DNA of 51,307 nt. It comes from Snowella sp. (lineage in GTDB: Bacteria; Cyanobacteriota; Cyanobacteriia; Cyanobacteriales; Microcystaceae). This document shows positions 1 through 10,913 of this stretch, in pieces. Under the pieces are notes generated by a model. The model made no database searches, had not been told where the DNA came from, and worked only from the letters and a program-made list of their open reading frames with translations. The stretch lies in contig JAYKGY010000123.1 of the NCBI GenBank assembly GCA_035285545.1, positions 1 to 51,307 on the forward strand, in the 5' to 3' direction. Numbering within the stretch: position 1 is the stretch's first letter; each line of letters begins with the position of its first letter. The position numbers were made by a program, and so were the translations under genes.

Positions 1-121
1 GACTCATTTGAGAGATAGTTATCCGAGCATTTGCTAGGGAAATAACCGTCCACCTAGCTAGTGAAGTTAGCGTTCGCTAAAATGTACCAATTTCGTTCCT
101 ATTGACTTTTCGGATAGGCTC
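1..121. mobile_element. Terminal fragment of a repeated IS-like element (IS5-family-like end ...GACTTTTCGGATAGGCTC, followed by TAA)
   Basis: Positions 1-122 are the exact reverse complement of 51184-51305. The end GAGCCTATCCGAAAAGTC with a flanking TAA/TTA triplet resembles cyanobacterial IS5-family termini. No transposase is visible in the window. Confidence 0.6.
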
Positions 122-142
122 TAAGTCTAAGGACATAATACT

Positions 143-231
143 ATAGCAGTCATAAACCATTTGTAAATATCGATCCACTCTGGATAAGGGTTTTGAGCCT
201 ATCAACAACACGAATCATTTAGGATCGCTAT
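143..231. mobile_element. Short MITE-like repeat with imperfect terminal inverted repeats
   Basis: The left end ATAGCAGTCATAAACCATT pairs imperfectly with the right end AATCATTTAGGATCGCTAT. It is non-coding and sits between GGACATAA (131-138) and TTATGTCC (233-240). Confidence 0.55.
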
Positions 232-379
232 CTTATGTCCCTACATAATTTTTTTTGCAGGAATTTAACACTTTTAAATCCTCTTGATGATTTATTTGGT
301 TGTTCTTCTTAATAGAATTTAAAATAAAAAATATAGATATTTCAAAATATTTGGAAATTAAAAACGATAGGAGAGTAAA

Positions 380-1153
380 TTGGCAAATCATTCATTTTTG
401 TTTTATAGCATTGCTTTTTTTTGCATTATTTTATTGCGATATGTGCTGATAGCAGGTGGAGTCTATTTATTCCTATATTCACCCTTTAACCAGCCTTCAG
501 ACCAGCATAATTTACAAACGTTTTCTTTTTCTTGGAAAACAGTTCACCACGATATTAAACTCTCATTGTCTTCTTCAGTAGTATTTGCCATCGCCTCAGC
601 ATTTGTGATGTCAAGTTATAATCGGGGATTAACTCGTTTATATAGTGATTTAAAATTGAATACTTTATGGTATTTAGTATTTAGTTATATTGTCGTTTTA
701 ATACTTCAAGATACTTATTTTTATTTCACTCATCGATTATTCCATCATCCCTCTCTTTTCCGTTGGTTACATCAAGGGCATCACCAATCACGCCATCCTA
801 CGCCATTAACCTCATTTGCGTTTGATCCTTTAGAGGCGATCGCGCAATCTCTGTTTTTGGTCGCTATTATTTTTGTGATTCCGCTACATTTCATTACTGT
901 TATTACAATACTGACGACGATGACAATTTGGGCAGTGGTTAATCATTTGGGGGTTGAACAATTATCACCATCCTTTCCCCTCCACTGGTTGGGTAGATGG
1001 TTTATTGGCCCTGTTCATCATTCCCATCATCACCTGAAATATAAAGTACACTACGGACTATACTTCACGCTATGGGACAAGCTGCTAGGCACTGAAGATC
1101 CTCATTATCGCTTTTCTGTCAGTCTAAAAACAAGTTTGAAAAATTTTATTTGA
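380..1153 (+). CDS. Sterol desaturase / fatty acid hydroxylase family membrane protein
   Basis: His boxes HRLFH, HQGHH and HHSHHH, YGLYFTLWDKLLGT tail, several TM segments. TTG start after a GGAG RBS. Confidence 0.88.
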   Translation: MANHSFLFYSIAFFCIILLRYVLIAGGVYLFLYSPFNQPSDQHNLQTFSFSWKTVHHDIKLSLSSSVVFAIASAFVMSSYNRGLTRLYSDLKLNTLWYLVFSYIVVLILQDTYFYFTHRLFHHPSLFRWLHQGHHQSRHPTPLTSFAFDPLEAIAQSLFLVAIIFVIPLHFITVITILTTMTIWAVVNHLGVEQLSPSFPLHWLGRWFIGPVHHSHHHLKYKVHYGLYFTLWDKLLGTEDPHYRFSVSLKTSLKNFI

Positions 1154-1384
1154 ATGAAAAAATAGGGTTTTAAACTATTTCTCTTTAGCAAAAAATTAGG
1201 AATTAAGCAATCAAAAGAAGCTGTTAAAACATATTTTAAGATTTTCTTAAAAACAATTTTTATTGATAGTTCAAAATACTTTTAATCTGGGGTCGATTTT
1301 TAGATCACAAAGATCTTGGTGGAATAAAAAAAAGTGGAAATTTTTAGAAATGTTAAAATAAAAGAAGATCTGGCAGTAAAAGCG

Positions 1385-1903
1385 ATGTTTAATCAAATTT
1401 TAAAATCGGTGTTTTTAACGGGATTAATGGGCTTAATGGGGCCTAATATCGCTCAGGCGAGACCCCACCCCCGATTTCAACCTCAGCCCTATCAAGTTTT
1501 TCAAACCCCTAATCCGGGTATTCATCGAAATATTATTATTCCGGCTCCCCAACGCATTTATTCTGCTCCGCAACGGCAACAGGGTTATTATGATTCCTAC
1601 TATCCGGGCTATCACAATCCTTACTATAGACAGCCGATTTATCCTTCTCAAAAAATTATTATTATTGAACGCGATCGCCGCAATCAGACCCCCTATTACT
1701 ATCGGAGTAATACCTACCGTCAAAACGGAACTCCCTACTATGCGAGGGAAACGCCCTATGTTGACGGCCTTACCCCCTACTATCTTCAAAAAGTTCCCTA
1801 TTCCCCAAATCATTACCGTAACAATCAGAGATATGTTGCTCCCGATGGTGGCCTCAATTTTCTCAGCTATCCTTACTACAATGCCCCCAATCAACCGCGT
1901 TAG
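1385..1903 (+). CDS. Secreted Pro/Tyr/Arg-rich hypothetical protein
   Basis: Likely ATG at 1385, signal-peptide-like N-terminus ending AQA, low-complexity body with four TPY(Y) repeats. Confidence 0.6.
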   Translation: MFNQILKSVFLTGLMGLMGPNIAQARPHPRFQPQPYQVFQTPNPGIHRNIIIPAPQRIYSAPQRQQGYYDSYYPGYHNPYYRQPIYPSQKIIIIERDRRNQTPYYYRSNTYRQNGTPYYARETPYVDGLTPYYLQKVPYSPNHYRNNQRYVAPDGGLNFLSYPYYNAPNQPR

Positions 1904-2029
1904 GGAAGGCTTCCAGGGAAGTCCTCTCATCAAGTCAAGGAATCTTAACGGTTGAGCTTCCCCCAGATTAATGAGAATCCCGATAACGGTATAATGAGCC
2001 TTTGACTCTACAACAGGATTTATCCCCTC

Positions 2030-3271
2030 ATGGCAGATTGGCAAGTGATTAGTGGCAACATCACCGCTCCGAAAGGTTTTAAAGCCTCTGGAATTACGGC
2101 AGGATTAAAACCCTCTGGGTTGCCTGATTTAGCCCTAATTTATTCAGAAACAGAAGCGATCGCCGCCGGTGTTTTTACGACTAGCCAAGTCCGAGCCGCC
2201 TGTGTGGATTATTGCCGTCAACGCTTACAAGCAAAAGGCAACGCTAGAGCCATTTTAGTTAATGCAGGTCAAGCCAATGCCGGAACGGGAAAACAGGGTT
2301 GGCAAGACGCGATCGATTGTGCGGAGTCTTTGGCCCAGGCGTTAAACTTACCCGCCGATTCCGTCCTCCTCGCCTCAACAGGAGTCATTGGTCAGCGCAT
2401 TAAAATGGATAAACTGAAAGCTGGCATTCCCCAACTAGTAGCCGAACTTTCCGAAACCGGCGGAGATGAAGCCTCTAAATCCATTATTACCACCGATTTA
2501 GTCCCCAAATCCATTGCCCTCGAAACCACTATTGAAGGTCGTCCTGTCCGTATTGGCGGGATTTCTAAAGGATCGGGGATGATTCACCCCAACATGGCGA
2601 CAATGTTAGCTTTTGTTACCTGTGATGCGGCAGTTTCAACGTCTCTCTGGCAGCAAATGTTAAGCCGGGCAGCCGATAAAACGTTTAACCAAATTACCGT
2701 TGATGGGGATACTAGCACTAACGATAGTTTAATTGCCCTAGCGAATGGGGAATCTCGGACTCCTGCTATTACAGAAATGGGGCCGAATGCTCAAAAATTA
2801 GAAGCCATGCTCACAGCGGTTTGTGAACACTTAGCCAAAGCGATCGCCCGTGATGGAGAAGGGGCTACTTGTTTAATCGAAGTTCAGGTCACTGGTGCAC
2901 CCGATGATGAAGCTGCTCGCAAAATTGCACGAACCATTGCGGGATCTTCTCTGGTGAAATCGGCAGTCTTTGGTCGTGATCCGAACTGGGGACGCATTGC
3001 AGGGGCCGCAGGACGGGCCGGCGTAACCTTTCATCAAGAAGATTTGCAGATTAAGTTAGGGAATTTCCTCCTAATGGAAAATGGCCAACCCATCGAATTT
3101 GATCGAAAAGCGGCGAGTAATTACCTGAAACAAGCTTCTGAGGGAGCCTATTTACAGGACGATACGGTATTAATTTCCGTCTGTGTGGGTAATGGCTCAG
3201 GAGAAGGACGGGCTTGGGGTTGTGATCTCAGCTATGATTATGTCCGCATCAACGCTGAATACACGACTTAA
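2030..3271 (+). CDS. argJ: Bifunctional ornithine acetyltransferase / N-acetylglutamate synthase
   Basis: KGSGMIHPNMATML autoproteolysis motif, DGDTSTND, DGEGAT, DLSYDYVRINAEYTT end. Confidence 0.97.
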   Translation: MADWQVISGNITAPKGFKASGITAGLKPSGLPDLALIYSETEAIAAGVFTTSQVRAACVDYCRQRLQAKGNARAILVNAGQANAGTGKQGWQDAIDCAESLAQALNLPADSVLLASTGVIGQRIKMDKLKAGIPQLVAELSETGGDEASKSIITTDLVPKSIALETTIEGRPVRIGGISKGSGMIHPNMATMLAFVTCDAAVSTSLWQQMLSRAADKTFNQITVDGDTSTNDSLIALANGESRTPAITEMGPNAQKLEAMLTAVCEHLAKAIARDGEGATCLIEVQVTGAPDDEAARKIARTIAGSSLVKSAVFGRDPNWGRIAGAAGRAGVTFHQEDLQIKLGNFLLMENGQPIEFDRKAASNYLKQASEGAYLQDDTVLISVCVGNGSGEGRAWGCDLSYDYVRINAEYTT

Positions 3272-3613
3272 TAGGCTTGGTTAGTTTTAAAGCTGACTAA
3301 ATTGTTTGACTTGGAGCATAGGTTTCTGCGTGGGAATCATTCCAAAATTGCTCAATACTAGGAGTTAAATATTGGATTGTTCCCACCATTAAACGAAGCC
3401 ACACGAAGACCGTTGCACCGATCACGAAAATTTTCAAGTTACGATAAAACATAGGAAAAAAGAGTAAGCGTAAATAAGGCTTTAATCCTATTCAATCAAT
3501 TCCCTTGTCCTATGCCTTCGTTAAAAGAGATGAAGCAAAATTCACCTATCTGGGCGATGGGGAAAAAGTTCCCATTTTTATCTATTTTGTTTAACCGTTA
3601 GAACAGAAATAAC

Positions 3614-4264
3614 TTAACGCCGTCTTTCTTCTAATTTTCGATAAACATCCCGCAGTTCAACCCCATGATGGGCCAACGCCACTAGGGTATGGTAGAACAA
3701 ATCCGCTACTTCGCCCGCGATCGCTTGGGGATCGTCATCTTTGCAAGCCATCACGACTTCGGCCGCCTCTTCCCCAATTTTTTTGAGAATTTTATTATCG
3801 CCCCCCGCCAGCAATTTACAGGTATAGGAACTTTCATTGGGGTTATCTCGGCGATCACGAATGATATTGAACACTTCTGATAACATATCAGCATTGGGAG
3901 CCGCTTTTTGGTGATCAACCTGATGGAAACAACTACGTTCTCCCGTATGGCAGGCAATATCTCCAACCTGCTCGATGCTAATCAATAAAGCATCACTATC
4001 ACAATCGTAACGAATGGCTTTGACCTTTTGTATGTGACCAGAGGTTGCCCCTTTATGCCAAAGTTCCTGACGCGATCGGCTCCAATACCAAACCTCGCCA
4101 GTTTCTAGGGTTTTTTCTAAGGATTCACGGTTCATCCAAGCCAACATCAAGACTGTTCCATCCAGATAATCCTGCGCGATCGCGGGCACCAAGCCTTGGG
4201 GATTGTAGCGAATCGAATCTAGTGGGATCGACTGGCGAAAGGAATAAGAAGCAAGACTAGACAT
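3614..4264 (-). CDS. hisIE: Bifunctional phosphoribosyl-AMP cyclohydrolase / phosphoribosyl-ATP pyrophosphatase
   Basis: [39 protein letters not shown] and EVADLFYH motifs. Confidence 0.97.
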   Translation of the reverse strand: MSSLASYSFRQSIPLDSIRYNPQGLVPAIAQDYLDGTVLMLAWMNRESLEKTLETGEVWYWSRSRQELWHKGATSGHIQKVKAIRYDCDSDALLISIEQVGDIACHTGERSCFHQVDHQKAAPNADMLSEVFNIIRDRRDNPNESSYTCKLLAGGDNKILKKIGEEAAEVVMACKDDDPQAIAGEVADLFYHTLVALAHHGVELRDVYRKLEERRR

Positions 4265-4454
4265 TGTTAATAGATTAATTATGATTAATGGTTATAGCTG
4301 CATCAGTATGGTTCCATCGTGTCCGCATTAACCTTACAGTCTCCTCATTGTCGGAAACATCATTAAAAAAGACATCATAAGAGAGAAGACTAAGCAACTA
4401 TTTTTCTAAGCCTTCTCCTACGTTTAATATGGATTGCCGACTAATCCCAAAAAA

Positions 4455-4793
4455 TCACCCAGCCTTATCAACATATTTATCTAAGGTACTAGCCAAGGTG
4501 GTCTTAGGAACAGCCCCTACAACCATATCGACTTTTACGCCGTTTTTAAAAATCATTAAAGTAGGGATACTGCGAATACCATATTTACTGGCGGTTTCAG
4601 GATTTTCATCCGTGTTAAGTTTGACGACTTTAATTTGTTCGCCGTACTGTTGAGCAATTTCTTCCACTACGGGGGCAACCATCCGGCAAGGCCCACACCA
4701 GGGAGCCCAAAAATCGACGAGAACAGGAATTGCGCTGTCTAGAACATCTGCACTAAAACTTTGATCCGTAACGGCGGAAACTGAATCACTCAT
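4455..4793 (-). CDS. trxA: Thioredoxin (m-type)
   Basis: [10 protein letters not shown] active site, SIPT cis-Pro loop. Confidence 0.96.
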   Translation of the reverse strand: MSDSVSAVTDQSFSADVLDSAIPVLVDFWAPWCGPCRMVAPVVEEIAQQYGEQIKVVKLNTDENPETASKYGIRSIPTLMIFKNGVKVDMVVGAVPKTTLASTLDKYVDKAG

Positions 4794-4960
4794 ACCAAAA
4801 TTCCTTAACTTTATTAATCGCGTCCTTTAAGATTCTACCATAGCCAAATCCTCGCCTCCTAAACCAAAAGTCAAGAGAATCTTAGGAATAATTTATCTTT
4901 TTTAACAGTCTAGTAACAATCGTCACCAACAAATTAACAAACCGAGTAAAATAGTCAATT

Positions 4961-5029
4961 AAGAAACCGCCCGAACGTCGTCCAGGCGGAGCGTGGTGTG
5001 AGGAGTGAACGGAAACTATTGTCTCCGCC
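4961..5029 (-). ncRNA. yfr1: Yfr1 small RNA
   Basis: The minus strand carries the ultraconserved ACTCCTCACAC (4996-5006) between a 5' hairpin (GCGGAGAC...GTTTCCGT) and a terminator hairpin (CCGCCTGGAC...GTTCGGGCGG followed by TTTCTT). A TACAAT -10 box lies at 5036-5041, and the position upstream of trxA is the usual one. Confidence 0.92.
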
Positions 5030-5201
5030 ATCTCTATTGTAAAGGAGAAATTGGCTTTTGACGAAAGTTTTATTGAAGAGTTCCATAGATTTTGTGATGG
5101 CTAGGGAATGATAAAATAAAAAAATTACTATCAGTAAAATACCTATTCCCTAATCAACAAAATTTGAGTTCAGAATTAGAGCAAGCTCAACCAAGCAGTC
5201 T

Positions 5202-7574
5202 ATGTTTGGAAAGACAAAATTTATGACAGCAGGATCGGATTTTTTATCACAATTAAACGCTTCGCAACGTCGTGCCGTTGAACATTTTTGTGGCCCCTTA
5301 TTAGTAGTTGCAGGGGCTGGATCAGGCAAAACTAAAGCATTAACCTGTCGAATTGCTCACCTCATTCGTCATCATCAGATTGATCCCGAAAACATTCTAG
5401 CGGTTACTTTTACCAACAAAGCTGCTAGGGAAATGAAAGAACGTATTGAAAAGATTTTTATCCAAGAGATGGCCCAGAAAAACTATGGGCAACACTATGA
5501 AATGTTAAAGGAGTACGAGCAAAAAAGTTTATCCTCAACGGTTTATCGAACCATCACGAAAAAACTGTGGATTGGCACTTTTCATAGTTTGTTTTCTCGG
5601 ATTTTACGTTTCGATATTAATAAATATCAAGATGAGCGAGGCAGAACCTGGACAAGAGATTTTTCAATTTTTGATGAATCCGATACCCAAACCCTAGTTA
5701 AAAATATTGTTACTAAGCAATTAAACTTAGATGAGAAAAAGTTCGATCCCCGTTCTATTCGTTACCAAATTAGCAATGCTAAAAATTTAGGGTTAACCCC
5801 AGATACCTATCTTAAGGAGAATCCCACCTATAAAGGGCGAGTGATTGCAGAGATTTATCAAGAATACCAAAATCAGTTAGCGGCCAATAATGCCTTAGAT
5901 TTTGATGATTTGATTTTTATTCCTGCTCGGCTTTTCCAGCAAAACGAATCGATTTTAGGGTATTGGCATAATCAATTTCACCATATTTTAGTCGATGAAT
6001 ATCAAGATACTAATCGTATTCAATACGATTTAATTCGTTTACTCAGTACGAATGGAGAAACCCGTAAAGCAGATTGGAACTGGCAAGGGAGATCAACCTT
6101 TGTTGTGGGAGATGCGGATCAATCAATTTATAGCTTCCGCATGGCAGATTTTACTATTCTACTGAATTTTCAGTCGGATTTTGGCGACGATTTACCCGAC
6201 GAAGATACCCGCACAATGGTTAAATTGGAAGAAAACTACCGTTCTTGTGAAAATATTCTACGGGCGGCTAATCATTTAATTGAAAATAATAGCCAACGGA
6301 TTGATAAAATTCTTAAACCAACACGGGGGTTAGGAGAATCGATTTATTGTTATAAGGCAGATGACGAAAGGGAAGAGGCGAATTTTACCATCAATAAAAT
6401 GCAGGACTTAATGGCGGAGAATCCTGAACTGAATTGGGGGAGTTTTGCGATTCTCTACCGTACCAATGCCCAATCCAGAGCCTTTGAAGACGGGCTAATT
6501 TATAATAACATTCCCTACAGTATTGTCGGTGGTTTTAAGTTTTATGACCGGCAGGAAATTAAGGACAGTCTGGCCTATTTGCGGGCGATCGCGAATCCTT
6601 CCGACACTGTGAGCTTACTAAGAATTATTAATACACCTCGACGCGGTATCGGCAAAACAACCATAGATGCTTTCGTGACAGCTTCTAAACAATTAGGCGT
6701 TCCGCTATGGGAAATTTTAAGCGATGAAACCTCTGTCAATACCTTAGGGGGGCGTGCCGCAAAAGCAACCAATCAGTTTGCCCAAATGATTAAATCGTTT
6801 CAAGAAAAGCTGGAGGATTTACCGGCTGCTGATATTTTGGATCAGGTGATGAAGGTGTCGGGTTATTTGGATGAATTAAAGGCAAAAGGAACGGAAGAAG
6901 CGGATAATCGTATTGCTAACATTGCAGAACTGTACAATGCCGTCTTGCAATTTCAACAAGACAACGAGGATAGTAGTTTAACGGGCTTTTTATCCAATGC
7001 CTCTTTAGCTTCGGATTTGGATGATTTAAAAGAAGAACCGGACAAGGTTTCCTTGATGACGTTGCATTCGGCTAAGGGATTAGAATTTCCGGTGGTCTTT
7101 TTGGTGGGTTTAGAGCAGGGAATTTGCCCCCATATCCGCAGTTTAAATGATCCGTTGGCGTTGGAAGAGGAACGCCGTTTGTGCTATGTCGGTATTACGA
7201 GGGCGCAGGAGCAATTATTTTTAAGCTACACGCGAGAACGGTTTGTCTGGGGGTCACGGGAAACGAAAATTCCGTCTCAGTTCCTTCAAGAGTTGCCGCC
7301 TGAGTTGATTAGCACCAATGTTAAAACGACTCAACGAAAACTTACGTCCCATACGAAAAAGCCCGTGGGACAATCGAAACGCCCGATCAATGCGGAACTG
7401 GGTTATGCCGTCGGCGATCGCGTTCAACATAGCAATTTTGGAGAGGGAACCGTTACCCACATTATCGGTACAGGACGAAGAGCCAATTTAGCTGTTAAAT
7501 TTCAGGGAATTGGACAGAAAATTATTGATCCACGCATTGCGCCCATGTCTCATTTGGATGATTCAAGTTGCTAA
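5202..7574 (+). CDS. pcrA: UvrD/PcrA ATP-dependent DNA helicase
   Basis: AGAGSGKT Walker A, VDEYQDTN, VGDADQSIY, ENYRS, TLHSAKGLEF, EERRLCYVGITRA, C-terminal Tudor-like domain. Confidence 0.96.
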   Translation: MFGKTKFMTAGSDFLSQLNASQRRAVEHFCGPLLVVAGAGSGKTKALTCRIAHLIRHHQIDPENILAVTFTNKAAREMKERIEKIFIQEMAQKNYGQHYEMLKEYEQKSLSSTVYRTITKKLWIGTFHSLFSRILRFDINKYQDERGRTWTRDFSIFDESDTQTLVKNIVTKQLNLDEKKFDPRSIRYQISNAKNLGLTPDTYLKENPTYKGRVIAEIYQEYQNQLAANNALDFDDLIFIPARLFQQNESILGYWHNQFHHILVDEYQDTNRIQYDLIRLLSTNGETRKADWNWQGRSTFVVGDADQSIYSFRMADFTILLNFQSDFGDDLPDEDTRTMVKLEENYRSCENILRAANHLIENNSQRIDKILKPTRGLGESIYCYKADDEREEANFTINKMQDLMAENPELNWGSFAILYRTNAQSRAFEDGLIYNNIPYSIVGGFKFYDRQEIKDSLAYLRAIANPSDTVSLLRIINTPRRGIGKTTIDAFVTASKQLGVPLWEILSDETSVNTLGGRAAKATNQFAQMIKSFQEKLEDLPAADILDQVMKVSGYLDELKAKGTEEADNRIANIAELYNAVLQFQQDNEDSSLTGFLSNASLASDLDDLKEEPDKVSLMTLHSAKGLEFPVVFLVGLEQGICPHIRSLNDPLALEEERRLCYVGITRAQEQLFLSYTRERFVWGSRETKIPSQFLQELPPELISTNVKTTQRKLTSHTKKPVGQSKRPINAELGYAVGDRVQHSNFGEGTVTHIIGTGRRANLAVKFQGIGQKIIDPRIAPMSHLDDSSC

Positions 7575-7737
7575 TGATTAAAGCAAAAAGAGAAGGCAAG
7601 CAGTTAAAATCAGAAAAAAAGAATCTAGAGAGGAAGAAAGAAGATAATAACGGAAATTACAGCCCTCTACATCGACAATGGCTAAAGGATATTCTCGCTT
7701 TGTTGGAATAATATCGAAATACGTTCTAATTTCCCGT

Positions 7738-10700
7738 TTAATTTGTTAATCGCCAAGCTAAACTAACAATTTTCCAAGGGGCGATAGCCGTTGCGGGATC
7801 AATAGATTCTTCGAGTAAATTAACCGTATCCGCGATCGCCAAATTAAGATGATTCGTTATTTGTAAATTCGCCGTTTTTCCCTCACATTCATAAAATCGT
7901 AAAATCCAACAACTCGGATCGGTTTCAGCTTGTTTAAACGCCATTAAACAGACATTTTCAGCATTTAAGTCTAAGAATTGATGAGTAGAAGGTAAGGTTT
8001 TCGGTAATAAGTTTGCGGTACTTGGCCCAACACTCATAACGTGTAACGGACAGTTCAATTCATGGGCACGCTGTACTGTTTTTGCGGTTTGCCAGGTGTC
8101 GGAATGGGGATAAATGGCATAGGTAAATTGATGAATTCCTTTATCGGCTTGGGGATCGGGCCATTTTGGACTCCGTAGTAAGGTTAAACGGAGTTGATTG
8201 GGTTGCCCATCGTAGCCATATTTGCAATTATTCAGTAAGCTAATCCCATAATTTTGCTCAGTATCCGTTAAATCAGCCCATTGGAGGGCAGGAACCTCCC
8301 ATTTAGCTTTTTCGGCTGGGGTTTCAGGTCGTGTGGATCGCGCGATCGCGGCACAGGGAATTTCATAGTGAATCACATCACTTTCGAGGGCAAGGGGAAA
8401 AGCCGCTTTGACTAAAACCTGGGATTCTTGCCAATCGACTTGGGTAATGATGTTAAGAATAGGTGAATGATTTTCTAAACAATAATCTTGGCAAAATTCA
8501 GATTGGTTAAATTGCTTAATCACTCGAATTTTTTGTAGAATTGGGCCATATTCAATAATCTGAATGGATTTTAAAGTGGCTGTTGGTAAAGGATGATCAG
8601 CATAATTGGGATCAATATTCCAAGCATCCCAATATTGACCTTTATCTTCAAAAAATTGAAGTTGATTTCCTGCATCACTTAAGATTTCTCGTTGACTTAT
8701 TTTATCAAAAATACTATCAATTTCTCCTGTTTCAGAGTTAATCATTACTTTGATAAATTGATTTTCTAAGATAAAATCTTCAGCATGATTAATAGACTTA
8801 GAAAAAGATTGATTATTGGTAGAAAAAAGCCAAAAGACTTGATAACCGAATGCAGGAATATTTTCCGCTAAAAAGCAAAGTTTTTGATCGTTAGTAATTT
8901 GGGATGGAATAAGATTTCCTGAAATATCGTAAATCTGGAAATTTTTATCTTCAATGGGATAAGTAACTACTTCTGAGCGTTGCCAATTTAAGCTATTAAA
9001 AACAACAATCGGTTTTGCCTGTTTAGAAAGAGGTTGAGATAAGTTAATTTGAGACGCGATCGCCTGTAAAGCATTTTCAAGGATTGGTTTAATCATTAAC
9101 CGAACTTGTTGCCAAGCTTGATTAGCGTCTGTAAAAACTTGAGGGATCGAAGTTCCTGGTAAAATATCATGAAATTGATTTAATAAAACAAGTTTCCAAG
9201 CTTGCTCTAATTCCGCTTTGGGATAGGTTAAGCCTGTTACTAAATGGGCAATGGATGACCACAATTCAGCTTCGTATAATAAATTTTCACAACGCCGATT
9301 TTGAAGCTTTTGATCCGCATGGGTCGTATAGCAACCGCGATGGAATTCTAAATAAAGTTCATCCTGCCAAACGGGGATTTTTTTGTTTTCAGAAAACTGT
9401 TGATATTTCAAGTTAGATAAATAGGAAAATGCCGTAGTGGTATAAATGTTAGGAAAAAATTCCGAAGCTTGCCAACGCTGTTTTACTTGCCACATATCCC
9501 GACTGGGGCCACCGCCATGATCACCCACCCCAGGTAACCAAAAACTATCCTGAAAGTCCGTTTGTTTTTCCCATTCAACCGCATAATTCACCATCGTGAT
9601 CGGATTAATATCCATCACCCCAGCCACATTCGGCGGAGACATGGCAGTTAATAGTTGGGTTCCATCCGGCGATCGCCACCAAAACGCCCCGTAGGGAAAT
9701 TTTGTGCTATCGTTCCAATGGAGTTTTCCGGTGACAAAGTATTCAATCCCTGCAAGCTTGCAAAATTGAGGTAACTGCCACGTAAACCCAAAACTATCGG
9801 GAAGCCAAGCGACTTTGCTGATCTTGCCGAATTTTTCTTGAAAATAACGTTGACCATAGAGAAATTGACGCACAAAGGACTCTCCTGAAATTAAATTAAC
9901 TTCAGGCTCAACCCACATTCCGCCTAATAATTCCCAACGTCCTGCCTTAACCGCTTGTTGAATTTGGGAAAATAATTCGGGACGATGCTTTTCTATCCAT
10001 TCATATAAAACAGGGCTGGTATGACCAAACTTTAAGTCGGGAAATTCCTGTTGCAAGGTTAAAACGGAACGAAAGGTTCTTTCTCCCACTTCCCAGGTTT
10101 CCGCTAAGGGCCAAAGCCAAGCCATGTCTAAATGGGCATGGCCCAGCAAATGAAACTGGCGGTCTGTAATGTTTCGAGCTAAAGGTGTTAATTGTTCGCG
10201 GAGTTCTAAAAGAGCTTGATCAAATGCTTCAGCATCATTCACCTTGTCCCAAGGAATTGTGTGGAGCGCGTTTTCTAAGATTGGTAACTGCTCAGGTTCA
10301 AAAGCTTCCAAATATTTATGTAAAACCTCGAACTCATCGGCAATAAACCCTGGGTCAAGTTCAGGATAGTTTCTTTCGTAAAGCAGCCGCGATCGCATCA
10401 GTCCCCCGATATCATGGGCAGGACTCACTAAACGCAGAGTAACAGTAATTTTCTCGCCAGTTTGAACCGAAGGAGTGAGTAAAATTCGAGCCATCGAGTC
10501 AAATAGATCCCCTTCCTGTACCAATTCACCATTGACGTAAATCTTGGCATCTTCTGCCCACCAGGTTAAGGCCAAACGCAAACTTAGACCCGCTAACGGG
10601 TAACCTGCTAGGTCATGGGGAATGATGATTTGTTGGGTCAACCATTGAATCTGACGACCTTTGGCCCAAATAATATACTGATTTTCGTTGAGCGGTGCAA

Positions 10701-10815
10701 TTTCCCACTGATCAGCTTGAAACTCCTCAGTTAAAACCTTTTGCGCTGTTCGATACCATTGAGCCTGAATATCTCGTTGGGTTAGGTGACGCAGTTTTTG
10801 AATCAATTCCAACAT
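7738..10815 (-). CDS. GH38 alpha-mannosidase
   Basis: GHAHLDMAWLW, WLPDSFG (nucleophile), GVGDHGGGP, LYLEFHRGCYTT and NQFHDILPG motifs. Confidence 0.93.
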   Translation of the reverse strand: MLELIQKLRHLTQRDIQAQWYRTAQKVLTEEFQADQWEIAPLNENQYIIWAKGRQIQWLTQQIIIPHDLAGYPLAGLSLRLALTWWAEDAKIYVNGELVQEGDLFDSMARILLTPSVQTGEKITVTLRLVSPAHDIGGLMRSRLLYERNYPELDPGFIADEFEVLHKYLEAFEPEQLPILENALHTIPWDKVNDAEAFDQALLELREQLTPLARNITDRQFHLLGHAHLDMAWLWPLAETWEVGERTFRSVLTLQQEFPDLKFGHTSPVLYEWIEKHRPELFSQIQQAVKAGRWELLGGMWVEPEVNLISGESFVRQFLYGQRYFQEKFGKISKVAWLPDSFGFTWQLPQFCKLAGIEYFVTGKLHWNDSTKFPYGAFWWRSPDGTQLLTAMSPPNVAGVMDINPITMVNYAVEWEKQTDFQDSFWLPGVGDHGGGPSRDMWQVKQRWQASEFFPNIYTTTAFSYLSNLKYQQFSENKKIPVWQDELYLEFHRGCYTTHADQKLQNRRCENLLYEAELWSSIAHLVTGLTYPKAELEQAWKLVLLNQFHDILPGTSIPQVFTDANQAWQQVRLMIKPILENALQAIASQINLSQPLSKQAKPIVVFNSLNWQRSEVVTYPIEDKNFQIYDISGNLIPSQITNDQKLCFLAENIPAFGYQVFWLFSTNNQSFSKSINHAEDFILENQFIKVMINSETGEIDSIFDKISQREILSDAGNQLQFFEDKGQYWDAWNIDPNYADHPLPTATLKSIQIIEYGPILQKIRVIKQFNQSEFCQDYCLENHSPILNIITQVDWQESQVLVKAAFPLALESDVIHYEIPCAAIARSTRPETPAEKAKWEVPALQWADLTDTEQNYGISLLNNCKYGYDGQPNQLRLTLLRSPKWPDPQADKGIHQFTYAIYPHSDTWQTAKTVQRAHELNCPLHVMSVGPSTANLLPKTLPSTHQFLDLNAENVCLMAFKQAETDPSCWILRFYECEGKTANLQITNHLNLAIADTVNLLEESIDPATAIAPWKIVSLAWRLTN

Positions 10816-10913
10816 AAATGAATCTCAACAGGCTTACGGACTTGACCCTAAATCGGTTCTCAACGAGAACTTTCCTTGAACGCACCCCATTACCCGAATG
10901 GACAAGGAATAGA

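Noticed and set aside
1433..2044. Alternative ORFs 1433-2044 (-) and 1590-1955 (+)
   Set aside because: They overlap the signal-peptide ORF, and their Ile-rich composition is explained as frame shadows of Tyr/Pro codons.
8560..9480. AT-richer stretch inside the alpha-mannosidase gene (possible mosaic or insertion)
   Set aside because: The frame and GH38 motifs are continuous, and the compositional shift cannot be quantified by eye.
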